Shown piece by piece: positions 52,337 through 64,000 of a DNA stretch of 64,000 nt. Origin of the DNA: Heptranchias perlo (Eukaryota); NCBI RefSeq assembly GCF_035084215.1, contig NC_090327.1, forward strand, positions 37,200,001 to 37,264,000, given 5' to 3'. Both the position numbers and the translations under genes were made by a program. Under the pieces are notes generated by a model. The model saw nothing but the letters and a program-made list of their open reading frames with translations. It was not told where the DNA came from and did no database searches. Positions within the stretch are counted from its first letter, which is position 1, and the number at the start of each line of letters is the position of its first letter.

Positions 52337-53364
52337 TTAAAAAAAACCTACCTCGAGTATCTCAACTAGGTCAATTGTCCCACTAACGATCCGCCTGCCA
52401 GCAGTAATTAGGGATGCGACGTACGCGAATCGGTTGCGCACACATCCGAACGCACCCATGTCAAACCTGGAAGTGGGCGCTTTCGAGCCGGGTCGCAACC
52501 GCAAAAACTAGTATTTTCACCTCCCACCTGACTCCAACCCACCTGTTCTTGGGGGTTAAAATTCCCCCCACAGAAACAGCGACAGAGATGGAGAGAGATA
52601 TGGAGGCAGAAAGAGAGGCAGAAAGAGACAAAGGCAGAGAAACGGAGGGAAAGACAAGGGGAGACAAAGTGAGATACAGAAACACGGGGATAGAAATGGG
52701 GACAGAAGAGACAGCGAGAGAGAGATAAAGAGAGAAATACTGATATAGAGAGAGGGCAAGGAACAGTGACATTCAGCGACAAACAGAAAGTGATCGGCAG
52801 AGAGAAAGAGAGAGGCAGAGAGAGTGAGTGAGAGGAATAAAGATATAGATTCAAAGGGAGGGGGAGCCAGACAGAAAGGGACAGACAGAAGCAGAGACAG
52901 AGAGAGATAGAGAAATTGACAGAGAGAAACAGTTCACCCCTGTCTGGTACTGTACTGCCAGCCCCTGTACATGTACAGTACACAGCGGGCAAAAGGGAAC
53001 GATATACTCCCGTCTGGTACTGTATGGCCCGTATGTGTCTCAGTGTCAGCTCCTGTACACATACAATACACACTGCCTCACTCTGGCTAATGCTGTATGG
53101 CTAGTACACAGTAGGTTTGTGCCCATCTGAAATCGCAAGCCATGACCCAATACAAATCATTGGTTAGGCCACAATTATGGCCCCTCCCCCTACATTTTTA
53201 AAGAACCAAAGAAAATAAACAGAAACTGCTCCAAATGCATAACAGACACAGAACTATAATGGGTGTTGAGATCTGGAGGGAAGGGGAGAAAGACCATGTC
53301 AAGGACATGCACCTTCCTTGAAAATGTGGAATTTTGTATTTAAATTAGTGCATTGGATTACAAA

Positions 53365-53732
53365 CAATACGAGCAATGACAGACAGGAAAAGACCCACAC
53401 AATTGTAATACCTTGTGCATCACCTTATGTACAATCCCCACCCCACCCAAACCAGGTAATCTCCTGAGAGAGGCGAAAAACCAGATAAAAACCCAGGCCC
53501 AATTTGAGGGAAAAAAAAATCTGGGAAATTTCTCTCCGACCCCCTTAGGCGATTGAAACTAGTCCAAGAGATCACGCTGGCCCTGATAATTTTAGGCATT
53601 ACCTACCTTTTGTACGAGTCACAAACAGGTCCTGCTCTCGCTTGAAGGAATTCAGCGAATCGGCGTCCACCGCACGAGCCGGCAGCCTGTTCCAGAGGTC
53701 CACTATTCTCTGGGAAAAGAACAACCTCCTGA
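53365..53732 (-). mobile_element. 3' end of a further CR1-like LINE
   Basis: Minus strand gives VRRLFFSQRIVDLWNRLPARAVDADSLNSFKREQD, followed by a longer 3' UTR. Confidence 0.65.
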
Positions 53733-53930
53733 CAGAGCGTGAGACGGAGAGAAGCAGAGAGAGAGAAAAAATTGACAGAGAGACGGGAGAAAGTGGTACA
53801 GGGAGGAAGGCAGACAGGAAATGAGAAGTTTAAGAAAGTTAGAGGGATAGGCAAATGGAGAGAGAGAGAGAAGCAGAATGAAATGAGTGACAGCAAAGGA
53901 AAAAGGGAGAGAAAGAGACAAAGGGAAAGA

Positions 53931-55110
53931 GTGCACGGCCTGAACTACGAAATGCAGCTCCTGTTTATCACGTTGCCGGGCGGCCGCGCGTCTTTGCGGG
54001 AGCTGCCTGTCTTTTACCAGCATCTGATCAGGGTCTGGAATATGGTTGCCTCCTGCCGGTGCTCTACCCCGTCGGGGGTGGCAGCCATCCTGCAGGAGCC
54101 GCTGCTCAGGAATCCGTTCCTCTGCGGTGTTGGCTTCAGCGGCACGCGACTGACGGAGGAGAGGGCCCTGGCCGGTAAGGTGACCAGAGTCAGGGGCATC
54201 CTGGATGGCGGAGGGGCGGGCTGGATGGCGCCGGGGACACTGGCCTCACGGATGTCCTTGCGCCATGTCTGGGACGCGGCCGCCGCCATCCGGGCGTTGA
54301 AAGTGGCACTCGGCCCTGACTCCACTCAGTGTGTGGAGGAGGCTCAAGCATGTGGAGCCATCTCATCTGATCTGACCCCCGTTCGGACGGAATTCCTCAT
54401 CGGCGTCAGGCCCCGAAACCTCCCTCAGAGGGCTGTGCCTCACAACTTGAGCCATCTCTCGGAAATTCCTTCCGTGCCATTTCACTCTGCACGGAGGGAT
54501 TTCCTGTACGGGCTGCTCCTGCACACACTCCACCTCCTCTGCTGTTCCGGTGGAGGCGGGAGTCCCCAGTGGAGGGTTGTCTATCGGGGATCCTCCCGTG
54601 TGCCACTGAGGGTCTGGGGTGGAGAGTGTTGCACGGAGCAATCATGACCAACAGGCGTTTACGCCATTTCATGGACTCCCAGGCCGCCTGCAATTTCTGT
54701 GGCCTGGACAAGCCCGTGTTTCATTTATTCACAGGGTGTGGGAGGCTGCAGCCCCTGTTCCACTATTTAAGGGGGCTCCTCAAGTTCTGGCTGCACTTCA
54801 GTCCCACGTTCCTGATCTTTGGCCGCCCGGTGAGGGGGGAGCGGGCAGGTCGGTGGACGTCCTCGTGGGCCTGCTCCTGGGCCTGTCCAAGGTGGCTATC
54901 CACAGGTCCAGGTTAGACGCAGCCCGTGGGGGCGGTTGCTCCGACTGTCTGCCTCTCTTCCGCGGCATTCTCCGCGCCCGGGTAGCCCCGGGAAGGGAGC
55001 ACGCGGTGTCTGCCGGTACGCTTGAGGCTTTCCGCGACCGGTGGGCACCGCAGGGACTGGAGTGTGCATCCTGGACCGAGATAATAAAATTATAATTTGA
55101 CAAAAAAAAG
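53931..55110 (+). mobile_element. Tx1/L1-clade non-LTR retrotransposon, ORF2 C-terminal fragment
   Basis: GC-rich; LPVFYQHLIRVW...EPLLRNP; zinc-finger-like CNFCGLDKPVFHLFTGC; ends AFRDRWAPQGLEC, then an A run. Embedded in AG-rich tracts. Confidence 0.75.
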
Positions 55111-55156
55111 AGAAAGGGAGAGATAGTAATAGAAAGAGGCAGAGAGGGTAGCACAA

Positions 55157-55445
55157 TTTTTTTAATTCATTCTTGGGATATGGGCATCACTGGCAAGGCT
55201 GGCATTTATTACCCTTCCATAGTTGCCCTTGAGAAGGTGGTGGTGGACCTTCTTCTTGAACCATTGCTGTCCGTGTCATGAAGATACTCCCACAGTGCTG
55301 TTAGGTAGGGAATGCCAGGATTTTGACCCAGTGACGATGAAGGAACGGCGATACATGTCCAAGTCAGGATGGCATGTGACTTGAGGGTGGTGGTGTTCCC
55401 ATACACCTGCTGTCCTGGTCCTTCTAGGCGGTGGAGGTCATGGGT
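55157..55445 (-). mobile_element. Family-2 LINE 3' fragment
   Basis: T-run followed by ttcttgggatatgggcatcactggcaagg... family-2 tail. Confidence 0.8.
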
Positions 55446-55923
55446 TTAGGGTTCAGAAAGAAGAGACATAGGGATAGATTGAGAAACCAAGTAAGACAGA
55501 GAGAGATAGAGAGAAGAGGTAATTAAAAGAAAGTTACAGATGGGAAGAGAGAAAGACAGAGAGAGAGAAAGAGGGAGGGAGACCGTAAGACAAAAAGAGA
55601 TAGAGATATAAAGACAGGAAGAAAGAATCAGAGAGAGAGAGAGAGAGAGTGATAGAGATAGACAGGGATGACATAGACAGAGCCCTAGAGACAGAAGATA
55701 AAGAGAGAGATAGAGCAACACACAGAGAAAGTCGGAGAGGGGGAGAGAGAGAGAGAGACACACACACAGGGAGGGAATCATTCAGGAGGCCATTAGATAC
55801 TGTGACAGGGGACCATGGGTTTCTATGTAAGCATAGGCTGGATGGCATCCCATATGAGCACTTAACTTCTGCAATCTATTTATGATTTATTTTGTGCTGT
55901 ACCATGATCTGAACAAGCTTGTC

Positions 55924-56417
55924 CGTGTTCCATATGTACACTGGGTGTGCGAGACTGCAGCCCCTGTTCCATTATTTGGAGGGGCTGCTCCTCAAGTTCT
56001 GGCTGCATTTCAGTCCCACGCTCCTGATCTTTGGCCGCCCGGTGAGGAGGGGGGCGGGCAGGTCGGTGGACGTCCTCGTGGGCCTGCTCCTGGGCCTGTC
56101 CAAGGTGGCTATCCACAGGTCCAGGATGCTCGCGGTCCGTGGGGGCGGTCGCTCGGCCTGTCTGCCTCTCTTTCGCGGGTTGCTCCGCGCCCGGGTGGCC
56201 CTGGAGAGGGAGCACGCGGTGTCTGCCGGTACGCTTGAGGCTTTCCGCGACCGGTGGGCACCGCAGGGGCTGGAGTGCATCCTGGACGAGGATAATAAAG
56301 TTTTAATTTGAACACTTGGTTTTGGTTTCTTTGGGTTTTAGTTCTTAAGCACACCCCACACCCCCCCCTTCTTATAAAAGGGGGGCCTAATTCGGTAAGA
56401 AAAAAAAAAGAAAAAAA
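55924..56417 (+). mobile_element. Second Tx1-like copy, 5'-truncated, with 3' UTR, poly(A) and 12-bp TSD
   Basis: Highly similar to 54715-55095; direct repeat aacaagcttgtc at 55912-55923 and 56418-56429. Confidence 0.85.
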
Positions 56418-57099
56418 AACAAGCTTGTCAACCTTTAAAAATAATAAATTAAAATAAGTCAAGACTAGAGTTCAGATGGAAGATTCAATGAGTAGTGATA
56501 GCCCCCAGCTGATTGGTTAAACACCAATAAGAGCAAATTCAAGGCAGTTTGAGAGAGCAGGTGATGGGGATGCACCAGGTTTAACTCTTTATTTGCTGGC
56601 AGCTTCAGTCTCATATGTGTTATTTGATATCATTATACTTTTGAGGGAGGGGTGGCAGAGGCCGTATGGCAGAATGAAAGCCCATCCATCCAATCTCAGT
56701 TGGTGAGCAGGATGGGAGAGGAGAGATTGGGGTGCACCGATTAGCACAGTATTCCAAAATATAGTCAGGCAGTTAAATGGTTAATGCCAATATTTGGAAG
56801 GGAGATAAGATTTTAGGGACTCCCCCTTTCAGTTGAGGTTTTCAGCTCCTCCCGTTGTACTTGTGTCATGTGATGCTGATTAGCTGCAGTCCAATGAGGC
56901 ATGTAGGAGGCTATTGGGACAACTAATAAATAGCAACACTCTACCGAAGAGTAGATATGTAAGTGGTTAATTTGCCTATTGCTGCAGGTAAAGGAATTAC
57001 AAATTATGCTTCTCTTAGTACTTTGGCTATAAGTTGGATGTATTATCTCTAACAATCTGTCTTTGTTCTTCTATGTTAGTGATTTCTAGCAGGTTCTGA

Positions 57100-57237
<138 letters not shown>

Positions 57238-57369
57238 TGAGCTAACAAAATCTTATCACCACCTTCTTTTGGTGCTTCAGATGTGAATGTGATTGTCCCA
57301 TGGATGTATGTGTGCTTTAATGTGCATGTTTGATCTGAATGCCTGTTTTGAAGAACAATGTTTGACCTG

Positions 57370-60300
57370 TAGTGGTGGGAACAGGAGTAGGTAATTTAGC
57401 CCCTTAAACTTGTGTTCTCATTCAATGAGATCATGGCTGATTTGTGATCTAACTCCATATACCCATCATAGCCCCATAATCTCTTAAATTTGTTAACAAT
57501 AAGAGATTTTAAATCTGAGATTGATAATATAACAATTGAGCTAGCATCAACTGCCATTTGCAGAAAAGTTCCCAACTTCTAACACCTTTTTGTGTAGAAG
57601 TATTTCCTAATTTCATTCCTGGCACTAATTTAGTCCCCTAATCCTAGACTCCCCAACCAGTGCAAATAGGGTAGATAGTGTCTCTCAATATCTTAAATTT
57701 TGATCACATCACACCATAATCTCTTAAATTCCAGGGAATGCAACCCTAGTTTGTGTAATTGCTCCTTCTAATTTAACCATTGGAGTCCAGGTATCATTCT
57801 AGTAAATCTGTATTCCCTCCAAGGCCAATATATCCTTCCTAAGTGCAGTGCTCAGAACTGAACACAGCACTCCAGGCATGGTCTAACCAAGGCTTTTATA
57901 GCTGTAGCATAACTTCTACCCCCTTGCACTCTAGGATTTTCTGGGCTACAGGGAAAGGGTGGGGGGAGTGGGAATAGCTGGATTGCTCTTGCAGAGAGCT
58001 GGCATGGGCTGAATGGTCTCATTCTCTGAATCTATAATAATGTTCTATGTACATGGGCCCTTAATCTTTGTAAATGATGTACTCCAAACAGTAGAAGTAC
58101 AAAATCTTTTTAGGTCCAAAGAGGATGACTCCACATTTGCTTACTTTGGGCAAAACTGTGGAAAATGGATTTCATTCACTATCTATTAATATCTCTGCAA
58201 TTTTATATTTGGATGACAGGCTAGAGAGCCACATATCCAAGTTGTTAATAAATACAGTGAAGAGTTAAGGCCCCCAACACACATCCCTGTGGGACACCAC
58301 TAGTCACATCCTGCCAATTATCCCTACACTATCTCTCCTGCCACTCAGCTAATTTCCTAACCAGGTCAATAATTTGCCCTCCATTCCATGTACTTCAACT
58401 TTAGCTTTAAAAAAAAGTCCTTCATAAAGAGACTATCAAATGCCTTCTGGAAGTCCCTTTTTTTAAATTTGTTCATGGGATGTGCGTGAGGCTGGCATTT
58501 ATTGCCCTTGTGGTGGTGAGCTGCTGCCTTGAACCACTGCAGTCCATGTGGTGAAGGTTCTCCCACACTGCTGTTGGGTAGGGAGCTCCAGGATTTTGAC
58601 CTAGTGCTGATGAAGAAATGGTGATATATTTCCAAGTCGGGATGGTGTGTGACTTGGAGGGGAAAGTGTTGCTCCCATGTACCTGCTACTCTTGTCCTTC
58701 TAGGTGGTAGAGGTTGCGGGTTTGGGAGTCGCTGTCGAAGAAGCCTTGGCGAGTTGCTGCAGTGCATCCTGTGGCTGGTACACACGGCAGTGCCGGTGGT
58801 GAAGGGAGTGAATGTTTAGGGTGGTGGATGGGGTGCCAATTAAGCAGGCTGCTTTGTCCTGGATGGTGTTGGACCTGCATTCATCCAGGCAAGTGGAGTA
58901 TTCCATCACACTCCTGACTTGTGCCTTGTAGATGGTGGAAAGGATTTGGGGAGTCAGGAGTGGAGTCACTCGCTGCAGAATACCCAGCCTCTGACCTGCT
59001 CTTGTAGCCCCAGTATTTATATGGCTGATCCAGTTAAGTTTCTGGTCAATGGTGACACTGCCTCCACCCCCCACAGGATGTTGATGGCGGGGGATTCGGC
59101 AATGTTAATGACATTGAATGTCAAGGGGGGGTGGTTAGAATCTTGTTGGAGATGGTCATTGTCTGGCGCAAATGTTACTTGCCACTTATGAGCCCAAGCC
59201 TGGATGTTGTCCAGGTCATGCTACATGTGGGCTCGGACTGCTTCATTATTTGAGGGGTTGTGAATGAAACTGAACACTGCAATCATTAGCGAATGTCCCT
59301 ATTTCTGACCTTTTGGAGGGAAGGTCATTGAAGCAGCTGAACATGGTTGGGCCTAGGACACTACCCTGAGGAACTCCTGCAGCAGTGTCCTGGGGGCTGA
59401 GATGATTAGCCTCCAACAACCACTACCATCCTCCTTTGTGCTAGGTATGACTCTAGCCACTAGAGTTTTCCCCCTGATTCCCATTGACTTCAATTTTACT
59501 AGAGCTCCTTGGTGCCACACTGTCAAATGCTGCCTTGATGTCAAGGGCAGTCACCCTCACCTCTGGAATTCAGCTCTTTTGCCCATCATTGGGCCAAGGC
59601 TGTAATGAGGTCTGGAGCCGACTGGTCCTGGCAGAACCCAAACTGAGCATTGATGAGCAGGTTATTAAGTGTTGCTTGATAGCATTGTTGATGACAGCTT
59701 CCATCACTTTACTGATTGAAAGCAGACTGATGGGGCAGTAATTGGCCAGACATCATCCATACAGTCCCCTGTCCACTACTTTAGTCACTTCTTCAAACAA
59801 CACAATCAGGTTTGCTGGGCATGACCTACCCTTTACAAATCCATGCTGGATCTCTGATCAGTTGAAAATTTAAGGTGTTCAGTCACTCTAACCTTAATTA
59901 TTAGATGGTAGGTTAATTGATCTCTAATTCCCTGGTTCTCATTTCTCAATCTAAAGGAACAGTTCCTGAATTGAGAACTTTAGAAGATTATAGTTGGGGC
60001 TTCTACAATGTTTTCACTACTTTTGAAACCCTGGGATGGAAACCATCTGGTCCTGGGGATTTGTCACACTTTTGCCATTTTTTCATTTGTTTACATTATG
60101 GTGAGTCCCTGATTCAAAATTAGTTTCTTGGGGCATCTGGCATTTACTTTACTGTAAATATTGGTGCAATGTAATTAATGTCCACCATTTCCTTATCTTC
60201 ATTTTACAATATCACCATTAGCAGTTTTTAAGGGACCCACATTGTTCTTGACCACCCTCTTTCCTAATAATTGTGAAAAAATTTTGTTGGTTTTGATATC

Positions 60301-61560
60301 CCTTGCAAGTTTCTTTTATTTTGGAGCTCTTACTATCTGTCACACTTTGCTGTTCTTCGTATCTCCCATCACCTGGATCTGTGCTTTTTGTGTTTATGTT
60401 GTCCCTTACCCCTCGTCATTCATGTTTTTGGCAAGTAGAGCTCTTTCCCCTTAGGGGATCATTAAATTCTTTTGAACACCTCCTACTGGTCTTGTTTTGC
60501 CCACTTTACTGTAGATAGTTAAGGCCAACTTCAACAGGATGACTCAGTTTAGAATCTTAGTTGCTGATACAGGTTTCTCCCTTTCAAATGTAATGTTGAA
60601 CTTGATCTGATTGCTGTTAGATAAATGTTCATGCACTGTTAAGCTGTAAACTCAATCTGGTGTATTACTCACTATTAAATCTATTGGCCTGCCCCCTTGT
60701 GGTTCTAGGACATATTGTTGCAGAAAGCTGTCCTGAAAACACCCAAAATTTGATGCCTTTCTGATGAGCTTGTCTGCTTATTGCAATCAATAGGAAAGTT
60801 AAAATTCCCCATTAAAACCACTCTGCCTTTGCTATATGCCTGACTAATCTCTGCATTTGCACATTCTACCATTTTACAGCTGCTACCAGGGGGGCTTATA
60901 CACAACTGCTACAGTCTTAAATCCTTTTTTAATTCTACCCATAGTCTCCAATGCCTGCTTACCTCTTGTTATAGCCTCATCATTGAAGTAACTTCATCTT
61001 TAATCACTAAGGCTTCTCTTCTCCTCCCTCACCCCCCTGCTGCCAGTTTCCCTATCCTTCCTATAGACCTTATGACCTGGTATATTCAGTTCAGCCTTTA
61101 CTGTCTTACAACTATGTCTCAGTAATGGCTACCATGTACCCTCTAAGTTGAATGTGTTCCTTATACTCATGTCTTTGTATAAAGAATGCTCATTTGGGCC
61201 ACATACCCTAACCTGTCCCTCTGCTCTAATGGTTTTCTTTACATCTTTAGTTTTTACTACCTGTAGTTGAGTAATTTGACTTACTCTACTACTGTTTGTT
61301 TTAAAATTATTTATACTACTGCTCCCCCCCCCCCCCACCCCAATCAATTTACTAGTTTAAAGCTTATGATTGCCCTATTTATCCTTTCCACTAGGACCCT
61401 GGTTCAGGTGGAACTGACCAACAGTACAGTTCCTTCCTGTCTCAGTACTAGTGCCAGTGTCCCATGAAATGGCACTCCTTTCCCACACTACTCATTCAGC
61501 CACATGTTTGCCTCCCTAATCTGCTTATCCCTACACCAATTTGGACATGGCTCAGGTAAT
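57370..61560 (-). mobile_element. Old decayed CR1 LINE (3' end at about 57370, endonuclease region at about 60500-61500) split by a family-2 LINE (about 58457-59750)
   Basis: DFQKAFD at the junction; VLMGNFNFP.D (APE) at 60705-60905; family-2 RT and tail remnants in between. Confidence 0.75.
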
Positions 61561-62024
61561 AATCCAGAAACCCTTGAGGTCTTGGTTTTTTTTAATTTAA
61601 CTCCTTGGACCACAACAATTTTATATCTGATTACTCTAAAGCTACTTGTGTGCCAATTTGCATATGCCAGTTCTCCTCATTGCCTGCCATTGACCTGTCC
61701 TATATCTTAAGAGTTGCTCTGATCTTTTGCATTGCTTCAAGGTCCTAGTCAATGACTTGTTCTGTCCCAATGCTGACCTGCACTTGCACACTAGAGCTTG
61801 ACTACTTCCTCTTGTGCATGCAGTGTTGCTGCACTCACTACCTATTCTGCATCTACATAGTTATGGATGGGCAATAAATGCTGGCCTCACCAGTGACACC
61901 CACATCCCATGAACAAATTTTAAAGTATATTAGTCAGCCTCATGTGAATCATCTATGGGATTGTGCCCATGACTGACTATAACCATGGTCTGGTGCCTGC
62001 AGGTTAGGTGTAACCGTCTCTTCT

Positions 62025-63760
62025 GTGAAATCAATGGGCAAAAGAGTAACTAGGGAGAGAGTAGGGCCTCTTAAGGATCAACAAGGTCATCTATGTGCAG
62101 AACCACAAGAGATGGGTGAGATCCTGAATGAATATTTCTCATCGGTATTTACGGTTGAGAAAGGCATGGATGTTGGGGAACTTGGGGAAATAAATAGTGA
62201 TGTCTTGAGTGTACATATTAGAGAGGGAGGTGCTGGAAGTCTTAACGCGCATCAAGGTGGATAAATCTCCGGGACCTGACAATGTACCCAGGAGGTTAGG
62301 GAGGAAATTGCGGGTCCCCTAGCGCAGATATTTGAATCATTGACAGCTACAGGTGAGGTGCCTGAAGATTGGAGGGTAGCAAATGTTATGCCTTTGTTTA
62401 AGAAGGGTGGCAGGGAAAAGCCTGGGAACTACAGACCGGTGAGCCTGACATCTGTCGTGGGTAAGTTGTTAGAGGTAATTCTGAGACAGGATCTACAGGC
62501 ATTTGGAGAGGCAGGGACTGATTAGGAACAGTCAGCATGGTTTTGTGAGTGGAAAATCATATCTCTCGCATTTGAGTTTTTTGAAGGGGTAACCAAGAAG
62601 ATAGATGAGGGCTGTGCAGTAGACGTGGTCTACATGGACTTTAGCAAAGCCTTTGACAAGGTACCGCATGGTAGGTTGTTATATAAGGTTAAATCTCATG
62701 GGATCCGAGGTGAGGTAGCCAATTGGATACAAAATTGGCTTGAAGACAGAGGGTGGTTGTAGAGGTTGTTTTTCAGACTGGAGGCCTGTGACCAGCGGTG
62801 TGCCTCAGGGATCGGTGCTGGGTCCGCTGTCATTTATATTAATGATTTGGATGAGAATTTAGGAGGAATGGCTAGTAAGTTTTCAGATGACACCAAGATT
62901 GGTGGCATTGTGGACAGTGAAAAAGGTTATCTAGGATTGCAAGGGGATCTTGATAAATTGGGCCGATGAATGGCAGATGGAGCTTAATTTAGATAAATGT
63001 GAGGTGATGTATTTTGGTAGATCGAATCAGACCAGGACCTACTCCGTTAATGGTAGGGCGTTGGGGAGAGTTATAGAACAGAGATCTAGTACAACAGGTT
63101 CATAGCTCCTTGAAAGTGGAGTCACAGGTGGATAGGGTGGTGAAGAAGGCATTCGGCATGCTTGGTTTCATTGGTCAGAACATTGAATACAGGAGTTGGG
63201 ATGTCTTGTTGAAGTTGTACAAGACATTAGTTAGGCTACACTTGGAATACTGTGTACAGTTCTGGTCACCCTATTATAGAAAGGATATTATTAAACTAGA
63301 AAGAGTGCAGAAAAGATTTACTAGGATGCTACCGGGACTTGATGGTTTGACTTATAGGGAGAAGTTAGATAGACTGGGACTTTTTTCCCTGGAGAGTAGG
63401 AGGTTTAGGGGTGATCTTATAGAAGTCTATAAAATAATGAGGGGTGTAGATAGTCAAAATCTTTTCCCAAAGGTAGGGGAGTCTATAACGAGGGGGCATA
63501 GATTTAAGGTGAGAGGGGAGAGATACAAAAGGGTCCAGAAGGGCAATTTTTTCACTAAGGGTGGTGGGTGTCTGGAACGAGCTGCTAGAGGCGGGGACAA
63601 TTTTGTCTTTTAAAAAGCATTTGGACAGTTACATGGGTAAGATGGGTATAGAGGGATATGGGCCAAGTGCAGGCAATTGGGACTAGCTTAGTGGTATAAA
63701 CTGGGTGACATGGACATGTTGGGCCACAGGGCCTGTTTCCATGTTAACTTCTATGATTCT
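62025..63760 (+). mobile_element. Classical CR1 LINE, 5'-truncated, frameshifted
   Basis: LNEYFSSVFT, PGNYRPVSLTSVVGK, MDFSKAFDKVPH, FSDDTK, LVRLHLEYCVQFWSP; tail ttctatgattcta. Confidence 0.9.
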
Positions 63761-64000
63761 AATGTAAAATAGGTTATCTGGAAATGATCTGATGTGGAAG
63801 CTGGATTTCATTTGTTCCCCCAGCAATTTTTTTTCAAATTGTGGGACTGACCCCCTTACCTAACCAGCTTTCTCATTGCTGTGTGTAAACTGGCATGACT
63901 GATTCAAATGCCATTAATCTATTCTGGGCATCATGAGAATCCAAGATTGAACTCTCAAAGGGTGTCCATGATGAGGACTACATTTTCTTTCATCTGAGCA

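Larger units (their letters stand above)
45835..52569. mobile_element. Decayed autonomous-type Harbinger transposon: spliced Myb/SANT gene (+, about 46086-47850) convergent with a DDE transposase (-, about 50060-50800); carries an LTR, a CR1 and a minisatellite
   Basis: + strand: AASRFIDASFEVLL...KKAWPEVAGEV...QCRKRFNDLTRSGK|gtgagt. - strand: GFPRVWGTIDCARVAI...FINRKGYHS and YNQSHLTTRRVSEQGIGKLKMPFRCL...CCVLHNIA. Weak TIRs ggcatgattttt / aaaattcccccc. Confidence 0.8.

Noticed and set aside
51238-52386. 382-aa Q/P/K/N-rich ORF and overlapping repetitive ORFs
   Set aside because: Product of a stop-free 21-bp minisatellite; starts in a CR1 tail; no exon signals.

Overview
Eukaryotic, repeat-rich vertebrate DNA; the CR1/L2/Deu-SINE/Penelope/Harbinger landscape suggests a cartilaginous fish (inference). 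Most ORFs in the track are transposon debris. The host genes are: (1) exon 1 of a secreted cystatin-fold (cathelicidin/SPP24-like) gene at 3768-3947(-), behind a liver-type promoter; (2) a cluster of three actin genes that share the same 126-nt first coding exon layout and intron after His-Gln (codon 41/42). Actin A (15195-15070 + 9740-8736, -) and actin B (44610-44485 + 41166-40162, -) are complete two-exon genes with a 1005-nt second exon; actin C (57103-57228, +) shows only exon 1 and is head-to-head with B. B is a near-canonical cytoplasmic actin. A is intact (376 aa, no indels, good splice sites) but differs from B at about 100 residues by hand count. It has lost both ATP-hydrolysis residues (Q137P, H161Y) and many filament contacts (D-loop, R62P, E270P, DVD286-288ESC) while keeping the nucleotide-binding loops. 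It is the best candidate for an undescribed system: a possibly non-hydrolysing, non-polymerising actin paralog kept in a gene-converting cluster. The rest is nested LINEs of two families, Harbinger elements and MITEs, a probable solo LTR, Tx1 fragments, SINEs, a Penelope hammerhead relic, minisatellites and a 176-N gap.
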